The notes below the pieces were generated by a model. That model worked only from the letters and a program-made list of their open reading frames with translations. It had not been told where the DNA came from and did no database searches. From Balanoglossus misakiensis (taxonomy: Eukaryota > Animalia > Hemichordata): a stretch of DNA of 64,000 nucleotides. The translations under genes and the position numbers were made by a program. Position 1 is the stretch's first letter, and each line of letters opens with the position of its first letter. The DNA lies in NCBI GenBank assembly GCA_040954595.2, contig CM082578.2, forward strand, positions 12,834,520 through 12,898,519, given 5' to 3'. Positions 50,801-64,000 of the stretch are shown here, piece after piece.

Positions 50801-53800
50801 AATTGAAGCTTTATGTGGCACATATGGGAAAATTAAACTGTTCCTCATCCATACCTGCACTGCGTCTCTCAATATCACCTTGTAGGGTCCTTCGCAAATG
50901 AACCTGAAAGAGATTATGCAGCAAACTCCCTAGTGTAATTTCTTGAGCGCAAGTGAACAAATTAGTCCGGAAAATTTGACCACGGCTCGCCAGGAGAGAA
51001 GGAGAGAGATTTCACAAGATGGAATTTCTGATAAAGCATTGACACAGAAAGGAAATGTATCCTAGGTACTGATTTATCAGGATTGGATATCTTTTTCTCA
51101 GCTGCTATAAAATAAAATAGGGAAATTTCAGGGGAAAAAATTAATTATTACTACATCTCTCCTAATCTGAGAAAGAGGGGAAGAAATGATAAGAAAATTA
51201 GAACTTTTTATAAAACAAAATACTGTCTTTAATTTTATTTTTGGGTTGAAGTCTGATAATGTCTATGATCTACCGGGTATATACATAACTTTGGCTAGTT
51301 TATTTCACTAATTTTCCAGTGAGGTGTACATCATATTTATGAGATGTTCAGTTGGACGCTTTTACATCCATGTCATTTCTACACCTGTGTCTGAATCTTG
51401 ACTCATGGATGGGTGTTTTATAAAAGCATTGTAGAGTGGTTGACGTCTACAACTAGATTTCTGTGCGTCGGTCTGTGTCTCTTTGGCATTGTCTGTTAGA
51501 GAAAGACTCAGTCGTGAATCTTTGTGGAGTTTGTCAATGATGTCCTAGGGCTTATCATCCAAGCAACGTCAAAACATGATAACAGTAGAGACAGGGTAAT
51601 TGTTCAGCCTCAGACTGTAAGAAGCAGTAGACATGTTTCTGGTGATCTGCGCAACTTTGTCCCTTTAATGTCTTGGGTTTGGTTATGTGTACCAGGTACA
51701 GCCACTACGGATCCTCTGTCTCTTGGACAATCTTGAGATTTGCCTGTCAATATACATTTTGTATGCTGCATCACCACCTCTCATCATTACCTGAGGGACA
51801 GAAAACCCGTCATTCGTGTGATCGGCAAGCTGGTTATTCTTTTAGTCACGTTCTCTATCAAAAAAAGGTGGTTTCTTGAAACCAGAGCTGAAAATTTCTT
51901 CTGCTTGATTAGTTTTCACAACAGATGGTTACACTGCCCCAGGTGCTGATTTTAGAATGTTTTTGTTTAATGGCCTGAATGATAATGACATGGATGGGAG
52001 GTATTATCATAAGCATGACGCAGTTTGCCATGGTACTGTGTCTGTGGGCTTGATTCTTTCAGTTGTACTTTTACAACGGTAGTTTGATTTGAATTTTCTA
52101 TAGGCATAGGCATCTGTCTATACTTCATTGCCACAGAACTACATTCCTTGGAGCCGACAAACTTCAGGAGACAGTCAATTACATGAACCCGATTTAACAT
52201 GTATGTGTCACATGCTTCAAATGGACACTCGCTTATTCATCAACGTTATACCACATAACACTTTCCAGTATTGCAAGTCTGGCGTGTACATGGGTGTAGA
52301 CATTTGTACTTAACGCATCTTAAATGTACAGAAGTGGGTCACCTCTGACCTCAAAAAAATCTCAGTCATTTGATGGCACCACCTTTTATGGAGAATGAAA
52401 CCTCAAAACGGGGAAAGTGATATCGTTCAAAATGTAGTTTGCGCAAATGTCGACACGGTTGCCTGCTGTGTCGGGGAGAAAAGGGTGTCTGTTTCTGCGA
52501 TCACCGTCACGCCAAGACATGATTAGGAAACTCACAGTCTGACTTTTAGTTTTTTCGCTCGTAACATTCACCAAAGAGCGTTAGGCAGACATAAATTTAG
52601 TAGTGGGACCGTGTTCCTCTGAAGTAATCTATAAAACATGAGATATCCGCAACACCACAGCTGAGATTTTGGAAAGTTGGCTTGATCAACTCCAGTCACT
52701 CTAAAATGCAGCATCTCGCCTTGTCTCGCTTACTTTCTGTGTAAAATGCACCGAGACATAAACTGTAGTGTAGTTAAATAATAATATTGCGGCGCAATTG
52801 GCACACTTTTTTGCATGGCTACCCAAGGGAAAATCTGTGAGTATAGCTAGATCTCAACTTTCCATGGTAACTTGGGCTATATTTACCTAGTTGACAATAT
52901 GCCTTTGACATGATTCTAATTGCCTCATCTAAGGTTTTTGTGTAGAGGAAATACTTCTGTAGACATCTGGCATATTGAAATCTCAACAGTAAAGGCTCAA
53001 GAATAAACTCTTACTGAAGCCGATCATACCTGGCAAGTGTTTCCCACCGGTGGTATGTATTCTGAACAAATTCACTGACCTGGCTTCTCTTCAGCGCTAC
53101 TTGAAAGAAAGCTAGTTGCAGTGATTTTGATTAACAAACGTCCCAAACGCCCTTTCTTCTGTTCAAAGTAATATAAATACGGTCTCGCTACTGCCATGCC
53201 ACATACTTGTGGAAACGTCTGAAATGCATTAGACTGAACGCAGAATAGTCAACTGTGCTGTTCAGTTCTTGTCATTTCTCAGCCTGTGCTTGTACCACAA
53301 GCAGGTTTCGGGTCAAAACTCAACGCCCCGGGCACCTTGCCGAAGAACACGAGGCATGCGCAAACTGCATCGCAACAGTGGGAGACCTTTTGGAGTCATT
53401 GCTCTCTGACTGGTCGTACATCCATCTGATGCAAAAAATGAAATGTCTGTCATTTCAAGGGCCTGTCAGCCAAGTGCTGCCAGTGTATCCTATTTGTACC
53501 ATTTGGTTAAAACTTTTCTGTTTAATAGTTGTGAGGATTGAGTCTTAGGGTGGGAAATGAAGAGCGAAAACTGAACAAAGAAGCTGTGTCTCGACAGGGG
53601 GACTTGCGACTAGACACTCTCCTGTCCCTATAACACACACTGCCTAGTCACATGACATGGTATCATTAGCGCCAGAATCTTTAAAGGTTTCCATCAGTTG
53701 GCCCCGGCTTTTAATATTGCCTTGTGATATTGATCCACATACAGTAAAAATATAACAAGCAAGCACGGTTGTCATGGTCACCAAGGTAATGCAGATCAAA

Positions 53801-55142
53801 CAACAAATTAACAATATTGAATTTTCAGCCGTGACATTCAGCTGTTAGTGTATAGACATAGCAATCAATTTAAAATGGGGGAAAGGGTGAAATCTTTTCA
53901 GTCATACACTCCAGCTAGGCTTGTTCCCTTTTGTCTGTGATAACGTCCCAGATATTGTACATGCATGCATCCAGTTGTCTTCTGTACCCACCAGACAGTC
54001 AGAGAGATGAATCAAAGCTTGCAGCAGAGCACAGATGCCTTCTGCACTCAATATATATTGGACCACGAGACGTCCAAGATAAAGGAAATATGCAGTCCGC
54101 AAATGAAAGAATAGTCTCCTGTCAATACGCGCAGATTTCCTCCTGAACAATAATGTATTTTCTGATGTTGACAGATGGGCACCAGCTGAGATCATTGCTT
54201 GGGATTTTTTTGTTGAAAGAGATTCAAAGCTATCCCATTAATGATAGGGATGGTTGGTTGCGTACCTGTACATGCATATATCAAGGCAATCAAACCTATT
54301 CAACAGTTATTGATTTTTCAGGGTGTCCATTGCAAACTGTGTGAGTATTACCTGCTCGATTTTAGAGTTTTGTGAATTAACAGAAATCATTAGCCCAGAG
54401 TATATTTTTCAACGCGAGCCTTCGAGGCCTGAGAACCTACAGACCGAACACAAGGCACACCTTCGGATATCGCTGATGAATTAATTTGTTTGTCAAATTT
54501 TTTTGACAAGCCATATCCAGACCCCAATAAAGTTTGAATCACAAATAATATGGCAATATGTTTTAATCTACTGAGATTGAAATTATACAAATTTTCTATG
54601 TAATATGTACACCATGACACCTCGTTCACATCTACAGTTATACTTCTCCCAGCCTCCTTTTCTTCAGCAGAGAGGGCAACAAATTGGATGAACAGGGTAT
54701 TAAAGCAAGATGAAAAACAGGGCCGATTGTTGTTGGCAGAGATGGAGGAGAGACAGACTATCTTTACAAGGGATCAGACAAATCTGATTTATGTGAATAT
54801 CAGCGGTGGCCATTAACGATGTCCAATCTGATTGAGTGTATAAGCAGGTCTTTGTTGAGCTCCTACCTGTTATGGATTATTTATGTTATTATCAATTATG
54901 TAGAGGATCCAGCCGCAATCTGCTGCACATCAAGTAATGAATTTACCAATTGAAATGTATAGAAATGTAATTAACCACCATACGTTGTTAAGAATGTCTC
55001 TGTACCCGGGACTGGGGCATTTTGTATGTGTTTGGTGGTAATCGCAGTTAGCTGGTAAAATAACGAGTCTGCCAGGTTCAGGTAGCTATAGAATGCTTGT
55101 AATTTGGTACATGCAGTTCTGTGTTTGAAACGCGTGCATCAT

Positions 55143-55290
55143 TTAAAGGGACAGAGTCTCTCTCTCACTGCCCTTTTTCCATTGATTATGTTTGATACAA
55201 GACACCGTTCTACATGTTTAATAAAATAGTGTCTTGTATCAAACATAATTAATGAAAAAGGGCAGTGAGAGAGAGACTTTGTCCCTTTAA
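55143..55290. mobile_element. Kolobok-type MITE (140 bp, ~60-bp inverted arms, TTAA target duplication)
   Basis: ttaa-AGGGACAGAGTCTCTCTCTCACTGCCC...GGGCAGTGAGAGAGAGACTTTGTCCCT-ttaa. TTAA flanks with purine termini fit Kolobok rather than piggyBac. Confidence 0.8.
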
Positions 55291-55339
55291 AGCTTTTTTT
55301 TTTTAATTTTTAATCCATAGAAAAAATAAATAAATATGA

Positions 55340-55510
55340 TTACCTAGGATAGGTTGACTGGAACAGGAGTTATTTACCTATATGAGGCCAGAACTATGTG
55401 AAGAAAAGTGCCTTGGCCATGAAATCCACAGACATGTCCCGGCCCGGGATTTGAACCCAGGTTGCCCCAATAGGGGGTCCAGTACCTTGACCACTAGGCC
55501 ACAGTGCCTC
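55340..55510 (-). mobile_element. tRNA-derived SINE (5' head plus partial body)
   Basis: The minus strand reads GTGGCCTAGTGGTCAAGG (A box)...GGGTTCAAATCCC (B box), followed by a CCAAGGCACTT SINE-body motif. No intact cloverleaf. Confidence 0.7.
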
Positions 55511-58104
55511 TTGATGAAAGCCTTGTCTTATAAATGCATTTGTAGACTTTCACATTTAGGGGTTGAACAGAAGCTAACAAATCATCACTACCATACAGAA
55601 TCGAAATCAAGATACAACTTTTCACCTTGGTAACCCAACACATACCCTCCCCCTCCCCCCCCCACCCGCACTTCTGATAAAAGTGACCGACTCATTTTCA
55701 GACAGCTAACCTTTTTTCTCAGAAGACCAGTGGCCCATAAGAAAAGTAACCCTCCATGATTGTGGGTGAAAAGAACGTCTCCCCAACCGACATCGATACC
55801 CCCCTTGCCATCACATGCAGCCAGATGCTTGACTGGCTGACTCACTCTAAAGTGACTTCTCCAGTTACAGATGTTACATCAAGTATATGTCAGCATCTGA
55901 CAAAAATGGCTTCATGTTACCTGTGATGGTGTTAAAAAATTCGCCGTCATGTGTTCATCATATTGCTATTTTTGTCAGAGAGAGCATGTCTGTATTTGTT
56001 GACATTTTGCAACCAGGTGATCAGATTCTTGTATGAGTATATTTAGCAATTAATAGATTGTAAATAGAAAATTATACAGCAATTAAAGTTTGCAGTTTCA
56101 ACTTTTCAAAGGGGTAGGTTGCCAAGTGTGATTTTTGCACAGCAGAAGTTAGAAGTCATTTTCACAAACCACAAGTGATGCGTTTTCGCCAAAATCAAAG
56201 AAAAATCCCCTGAATTTGTAGGGCTTCAAAATCATGCATTCTGGTGTATTGCTGTTGTCCACTGATTAGTTCCATTTGTAGTGTTCACCATCTGAAGCAG
56301 GTAAAATCTCATATCCCCCGGAAGGTAAAGCAAGATTTCCTTTGCCAGTGGTTAGGTTGCCTCTAAAAGGGTGATCACATCGTCTTCAAAAGTACACTAA
56401 GATACTGTTTATTCACATTGGAGCCATTTCTAGTTCATTGCACCTTGAAAGTACAACTGTGGGTCACTTTTACATGTCATTCACACACATGCAATGTGCA
56501 CGCGCCAGTTAACTTTCTATTGCAATGAAAAGCCACCGATGATTAAATTGATCTGGCCTTTGAGTCTTCCTTTTAATAATGAACACCAAAAAGGAAAACT
56601 TCAATGTGGGAATTAAATTTTTCATTCGTGTTTGCTATTCATTTTGCTCTGACTGACTTTTGCCACGTCAATTACCCCGGGAAGCAATTTGACTAAGGTT
56701 AAGGGGTCACCCAAGTTGGAACTTCTGAAATTAATTTAATTCCGCAAGTGCCCCCTCCCTTGTTGATGGCTGCCCCTAAAGGTTCTGAACTTTGCGTGAT
56801 TGTGCCACTGTGCCATGCTTGCTCAACCGAAACATGAATGTGTATACATGTACCAGATACATGTAGTGCTGCAGTTGTTTCTTTCTTGAGTTGCATCTAC
56901 CTCAAACTTTCCTGCAAGGGTTTAGTAATGAACGTCATAATTGAACTTCTGAGGACATTGCTCCGTTGAAACATGAAAGTTCATTGATAAAAACATAACC
57001 TTTAAAGTGCATTGAACCTTTGACAAAATGCTTTTCTGACATCTGAAGCCATAATACTTGTTTTGTGACATCAAGAGAACACCCCTAATTTCCAACATTT
57101 TGAAAATTTTCGATATCATTATTTTTCCACTTTTCTATTACTAATTTATGATTACTTAAAATAACCTATTAACTTAACACTGCGGTCATGTAAAATTTAG
57201 ACAATAAAAATCTGTCTTCAATAATCTTAATGTAGGCAGATGCTGTTCTTCTGAGTCTCATTTTCCTTGCCTGACAACATTTTTAAAATCCCAGTTGCAC
57301 ACAGTTGCCTGACTGTAAAATATATCATATACCGCTCATCAAATAAAAACATGAAAAAGTATACATGTATATGTTGGGACGTACAATGGGAGGTATCGCA
57401 TTACTGCAAATTTGTCTTTCATTTTGTGAGGTTTGAAATATGTGTTACCGGTAATGGCAAGGCTGTGCGGCAGTCTGCGCCCAACAACCTGAGAATGGAT
57501 AGTTTTGATTACACAATTTCAGTATCATGACGAAGATTTTAAAAGTGCATTACAGTGCCAGTTGTTATTTGAGTGACCTGTGGCCGATTTTATGAAGCTG
57601 CTAATGATGAAACTAAGAAACAAATGCATTAAAAGTCAGTATTTTTTATTTGGACTTTTCATGTGCAGACATTTATGGATGTATTTTCGTCTTTGAGTTA
57701 AAGATGTTTTACTGAGATTTATGTGGTCAGGTTTCTCCTCAAACGCACATCTTTGAAATTTCTGTATTGATCAGTCGTTACGACGCGGTGATCATTTGCT
57801 GTTTAACCGTGGAAGTGATGTGCATAGTTCATTCTAGTCAAGGTTGTGAATTAGAGCTTAGTCAGCTGGAAAATGGGACAATTTGGCTGTTTGCCATCTC
57901 AAGAGACCGGTTAGGTTGGATATGAAAGGAGAATGAGTTGCCTTGGAAACGGGCACAAAGGTCACTAGGAATGGCAAGAATCGTCAACAGATTTTTAAGG
58001 TTGAATTTTTTATCACGCTTGCTTTGCTCAACGTGTTCTGTACGATAAATTTGCTTATTCCTCTTCCAACTTGGACACTGAACAGTAATTTGCTGGGATA
58101 CTAA

Positions 58105-58105
58105 C

Positions 58106-58133
<28 letters not shown>
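58105..58133. repeat. (TCA)n microsatellite
   Basis: Read directly; explains the poly-Asp ORF. Confidence 0.9.
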
Positions 58134-58136
<3 letters not shown>

Positions 58137-61100
58137 ATGCTGACTTTATCAGAGCGCACTCTTCATTTCCTGGTCAGTGTTATCATTCCCAGGGGAAATC
58201 TCTACCTGAGTGTTGTCAGTTATCTTGCAGTACCTGTGTATATCCAAAGACATGTTGAAATGATCCAACTGATGGGCCAGTTTTTATGGCAGTGAGATGA
58301 ACGGACGGACATTCCCGTTTTGTTTTCAGTTTTTGAAAGTGGTAGCATGCAAGCTTTGACCTAGCAAAGAAAGGGGTGTCCAGAAAAAAAGACAGAATCT
58401 GGATTGGACTTATATGCCATATTAACCGGAAATTTACCATTTGAGGTGAAATATGTGTAACCCCACAGCACTGAATAAGAATGTATGGCTATCTTGACTT
58501 GAGTTTGAATGAGTGCCATGTTCTAGCAATGACGGTCCCGGATCAGTTGGAAATATCAGTGCCCAGTATTCATGAAATCAATAAAATGCAATTGGATTAC
58601 CGGAAATCAACTGTCTCGTGCCAGCTGCACTGAACAGTCTCTTTTTTGTACTTTTCTTAAAATTCTCATCCAGCCCAAACTCATCTCACATTTTATGAAA
58701 AAAAGTTTTCACAGATGTCAGTTTGCAGTAGTCATGCAGGCCAACGGAATCACTTTCCTCTCGTATTACAGCAAGTGCTTCAGTATAGAAACGAGCATCT
58801 GCTTTAATTAACATTTATTGCAGGATTCCCTTTTATCTGAAGTGCCGTTTGAGTGATTGCATTGGAAAGGCAATTGGATGATGAAATTACGGATGGCTGA
58901 ATTTTGCAATAACAGTGTTTGGCCACAGGTGCGACTGCTTGATTGCACCCCATGGGCACAGCAGTATGAACTCTATTACAGACCTTGCCTAGAACTGTTG
59001 TCAAACCCAGGCAGCAGACTTGTTTTCCTACATTTACTCCCTGTATTAAACATACACATTGGTTCTATGTTTTCCTGTCTTGAGTCTTTGGCAAATTCCT
59101 GCTCTTCAACTTACTGAACTAAAAAAATGAGGTATTTTTGTGTCTCTGGTACGTGTAGGTAAGGTGTATGTTCCTGACATTACTGAACGAGAACTGTGAT
59201 GAAGCATGAGTAAAAACATAAAAATAGATGTATTGACATTAATAGAATAAGATTGATAAATGTGTTTATAATTGAAAAGAGCACCTTTAGTGTTCATATG
59301 GTAAATGTACAAATTGCTTTCACGGATAAGGCACTCCCAAGGTATTTGTTCTTTACTGGATCAAATCTGTGATGTGGCATGAAACAATACACATTTAGTC
59401 CTCAGTATAATTCTGATCATGTACATTGTAATTTGTGGACTATTAATTTCAGTGATTTTTTTTGGTCACGTTTTAAAAAGAAGTGAGACCATCTGAAGAG
59501 GGTAAATCTAACTTCTGGTAAAAACCACAGCTATAAAAATATATACTGCAGTATGCCTCATTGTTTACTTTGTGTGTTTGACTTTAATGGAAAAAGTGAC
59601 TGACAGTGGTACTTGTGTGAGTGTGTTGGCAAACTGTGATATGTGCTAGATTGCTGTTGTTATCCCACATGTCTACAGCCGTAGAATTCTTGAGCCATGT
59701 ATAAACAAGAATGGGCAAAATATGCCAAACTGGTGTTGCGCATGTAGACACTGCCGCATGCATTTGAAGTATTTGCCTGATTCTTTTTACATGCGGGCCC
59801 GGATTTTCTTCCCCGTGCGACTGACAGCGACAGGTTTCCTCGGATGTACTGTGTTGGTATGAAAATGCTGAATCGGACGTTTATTCAGGCATAAAATGAA
59901 GCAGTTCAGTGTTGTAATGTGTTAGGTGAATAATAATATTGTGTTTCTAATTGCCACTCTCATTATTTCACCCCACATACCGGTACATCTACCCAACATT
60001 TCCACTGCACCATCTGGTGTAATCATCTCTTTACATCCCAACTGTCATGAGTATAGTCGCACTAAAACATGTCATTCATATTCACAATGGGCAAACGCTT
60101 GTAATCAAGAACAAGGAATTAAGTTTTGATATCATAACCGATATCTAAATTACATAATTACATCCACACCTGCGTTTATGTTTAAATTTTGAAGTGTTTA
60201 ATCAATTTTTAAACTGCGATGTCAGTTAATGGTTGCGGAGTTTTATTAAGTTATCATTAGCAGTGGGAGAATTTAGCCGTTCCAGGTGTTTTATATTCTA
60301 ATATAGACAGAAAAAAGAGGTGCAAGAAAGCTAGTAATAGGGCATGCTGAATGCCGATACTCTTAGATAGCCCTCATACAGTTTAGGAAGGAGAAAGAAT
60401 GAGTGATTATTTACTGAAATGGGTTATATTAGCAATCGTTAAGCAAAATTTTGTGAAAAAATATAATTGAAATGTGTATTAGCACAGCAGCACTAGCAGA
60501 TATTGGTGATATTATATTTCCAGAGTGAATCACCGAACAAAAGCAGAATGATTGCATTGAAGAATAAAAACACGTATTTGTGTTGTCACAAAGGCTTCGG
60601 GAAAGAGAGATGGCGATGGGATTCGCTGTAAACAGGCAGCCTCGTCAGTGTATTGCCGACAATCAATCAATCAATTACAATCGTGTGCACGTTCTCATTC
60701 CACTCTGAAGCTGTGCTAAATGCACACAGAAAGTGATTACGACCACTGCATCTATAGCAGTGTAGCCTCGCACTGTAAACACATAATTCAGCGTGATGTC
60801 AATGGAGAGGAGAAACGCTACGAAGAAATGTGGCAATTCACTGCGTCTGAGAACGTTGGCCTGTGATGATGGGATAATTTCAAATAGGCAGTTATTCTTG
60901 TGTAATACATGCATTTTCAATAATTAATAATAAAAAATAATGAATTAGTTGACTGGGATTGTGGTATTTAAAGTATGGGAGAGATATGCTGCAGTATAAT
61001 GATGTGAACATTTATTTGAAGGCTGTTATGAAAAAGTGCAGTGGCACATATGGGTGTGGTGTGTGACTGACTTCCCGTACAGTGAAGGTGACATCAACCA

Positions 61101-61792
61101 CACAGCAGTCGACTCTGTTTACTACTGCTGTCAAATGATACTGATCGATCGACACACGAAAGTGAAGATTACAATTAAGTGCCGCTCTTCTAGGATGGCA
61201 CAAAGCCCTTGAATAGGTGGATAGAGATAGATGTTGAAATGGGTGAAACCTGGAATTTGATACAAAAACTGTGTGTATAAAATTGCCACAGAAATACCAC
61301 GTATTCATTATATGTACCGGGGGGTAGTACTACTACGTGCTCACCTACATGTACGTGTATTTGTACTGCTATCGCTTGACTCAATCTGCATCTATTTCCA
61401 TAGAACAATGCAGTAGTCTGCTTGTGACATTAAGTTAAATTTAGTTTTATTCTGGAGTAGACCCATTGGTGGGCAAGAAAGTATGCTTCACTGAAAACCT
61501 GGTCAGTGCACTTGTAGCTTTTTGCCTTTCATCACCTTCAAATGAAACCATGAGTCTTCTGATGTCTGAAGTCACTGGGGACTATTCAACCTTTTCTCTG
61601 TCTTAAGTCTGTGATCAAAAGGCAGGTGAACTGTCCTATCCAATCAGCCTGATAGAGCTGTTAAGTTAATGCAGCCGTACTAGTATGTAGTAAACAGATT
61701 CTAATCATTAAAATTGCATTGTCTGACAAAGACCATTCCATTCCATAGAAGGGCAACTAAACTTGTATGGTGATACAGACTCAAGCCAAGTC

Positions 61793-62151
61793 TTAAGGAT
61801 GGAGCAAACAGTTCTGCATTTTCTGAGTAGTATAATGCTTTTTAAATAAAAAATTTCAACCTTAAAAGTGAGGAGTCATGATAGAGGATTGAGTGAGTCT
61901 AATTTCCTGTTGAGCTCAAACTCATACAGAAATCTGTATTCAAATTTGATGACAATCTACACATTCTAGTACAGGAATTCTGCTCCACGAAAAGGCCAAA
62001 TGGTTGGATATCAAATTACACATGGAAATCTTTGCAACTACAACCAAAAGTGTAATTATTTTCTATCACGACTCCTCACTTTTAAGGTTGAAATTTTTTA
62101 TTTAAAAAGCATGCTACTCAGAAAATGCAGAACTGTTTGCTCCATCAGTAA
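61793..62151. mobile_element. Kolobok-like MITE (~350 bp, ~90-bp inverted arms)
   Basis: ttaa-GGATGGAGCAAACAGTTCTGCATTTTCTGAGTAG..TGATAGA (61797-61895) is the reverse complement of TCTATCA..CTACTCAGAAAATGCAGAACTGTTTGCTCCATC (62062-62146). The right TSD is degenerate (gtaa). Confidence 0.78.
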
Positions 62152-64000
62152 GAGTAGACTGGGCCCAAGTTGTCATATGACAGTTTCATTGATGTCATTT
62201 GAGGTCATTGTGTAAATAAACCTGTTGTACAAAGCTTGTTCTGAAAGATTATCTCAGGCAATGTTAAAAATGCTGTTCAAATTGATCGTCACTGTTGTTG
62301 TGAGATGATGCTTGTATGTTTATTTTAGTCAATGGAACACGTTGTGTCACAGGGCATAAGTCAAGAAAGTGTTTAATGCATCCAGACCATGTCGGAATCT
62401 AATGATGTGTGAGAGAACGTGATGCAGATTCCAAACAATTTGGTCCCAGAACTTAATTATTTTTTTGAAATGTGAATCACTGTCAGGTGCAGTGACTGTG
62501 GCCGAATAGTTAAATTGTGACATAGCGGGATTGAGTTTCGACATGTTGTTGACAAGGCTTGTCAAGGACAGGTGTCGCTCACATACATGTACATGTACGT
62601 CAGTGTTTATTAATCATCATGGTCATCACAGACAATCCACGCATTGTTGAAAAGTCTACGTACATGCACCATCAAATTCTCTGCTTATGTTTGTGTATGT
62701 ATGTGTGTGTTTTGAGAGAGAGCGTATTCCAATTCCAATTTCCAACATTTTTTATCACAAGAAACTACCCCACTGGCCATCAAGACGTTGCACGCAGCGA
62801 CTGCAGTCCCCTTGTCTTTTACTTTGGTGTGCATGCAGTTAATATCAAAATAAGAGTGAGAACGAAAATGAATCCGAGTTTCTTAATTAAAGCATGACTA
62901 TAGGTCTCCTCTAATATTGAGATTCCTTTAATCCAGCAATCAATCAGCATATCCAGTGTAAGTAAAATGGACAGTAATAACGTCAACAGCTGCCTGCCTA
63001 GAGTGTTCACCAGATAGTTGGCTGCTGGCCATCCATCGTTTGAGTTCATTTCTTTGTCCAGGGTTTTCGAAGTTAGTATTCTGAAACAAAGTAATGGCTG
63101 TTATTGCTTCTGACACCAGCAGAGAGAGAATCTTGTAGAGGTCACATTTTTTAATGCTGGCAAATATGAATGACATTTGTCTGGCATGGAGGTGGTGACC
63201 TCTTACCTTGGTGTTACTGACCTATAACCCATCAAATACGTACATGGATAATTGAATTCAATTCCGCCTGTTATATGATAACCAATTTTGGTTAGCGGTT
63301 GTGCAGTGTACAGTTACTAAATTCTGTAAATTAGTGTTGATTTTGTTTCTCATCTCCATAGGCCCTGTGTATATGCAGAGGTACACAATGTAGTAGGGGA
63401 GCGTTTTTATTTACATGTACCTGTGAAAATTGTTCCAATGTGGCTCCTGTATGACTTGTACACTGTAGGTAGACGTGTTTTGAGGGATTGTGTACTTGTA
63501 CATGTGTACTGTATAAAGGTTGATGATGGCATGGAGTGTATGCGTAAGACTGGTAGCTAGTCCACTGCTGGGACAGTAAAAGTTTCCCTGGATGACTGGT
63601 GCCTAGAATGTAAACAAGCCAACAGAAACCCTACTGGTGGAGTGCGGCCAATCAGTGGGTAATTAACTGTATGTGCTAAAAGGAGGCAGTGGAAGGGGGG
63701 CTGGTGGTGATATTGACCTCATTTAACCTTTCTCCGGTCTCCAGAGTCAGGAACTGAAATATTTATGTGTGTGTTCAGGCTTCTAGAAGTAACGAATTCC
63801 CCCAATTCTCACAGGTAGTCTTGAAATTTATTTATGTACAAGTGGGGTGAATGGCAGTGGAGGGTCCCCCAGGAGCTGACCTCCCTTCAACTCTTCTGCG
63901 CCGCAAAGTCAATCAATAAACAGAAAATTCAATTTCAGAGTTGCTGCTGCTGGTAGTGGCAACGGCCGCAAAGATATGTTTTTTTCCCCATGTGGTGGTC

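Noticed and set aside
55435-55510. tRNA gene on the minus strand
   Set aside because: A and B boxes are present, but there is no proper acceptor or anticodon stem and it continues into a SINE body.

Overview
Eukaryotic (metazoan) genomic DNA with GT-AG introns, probably an invertebrate deuterostome such as a hemichordate; the taxon is an inference from gene content and repeat style. Main content: (1) the 3' ~3,260 codons of a Piccolo (PCLO)-type presynaptic scaffold gene (+, 1068-21902), with a 4.2-kb exon, coiled coil, PDZ, C2A and C2B, plus several candidate microexons; (2) two tandem, near-identical SLC16/MCT transporter genes (-), separated by a truncated BEL/Pao LTR retrotransposon whose LTR ends on the A of copy A's start codon; (3) a short-chain-collagen-C4-like gene (+, 34785-37537); (4) the first four coding exons of a CaMKI gene (+, 39095-42786), followed by a >21-kb intron with MITEs and a SINE. 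All exon boundaries were read by eye from splice motifs and frame continuity. Homology calls rest on recalled family motifs, not on database searches.
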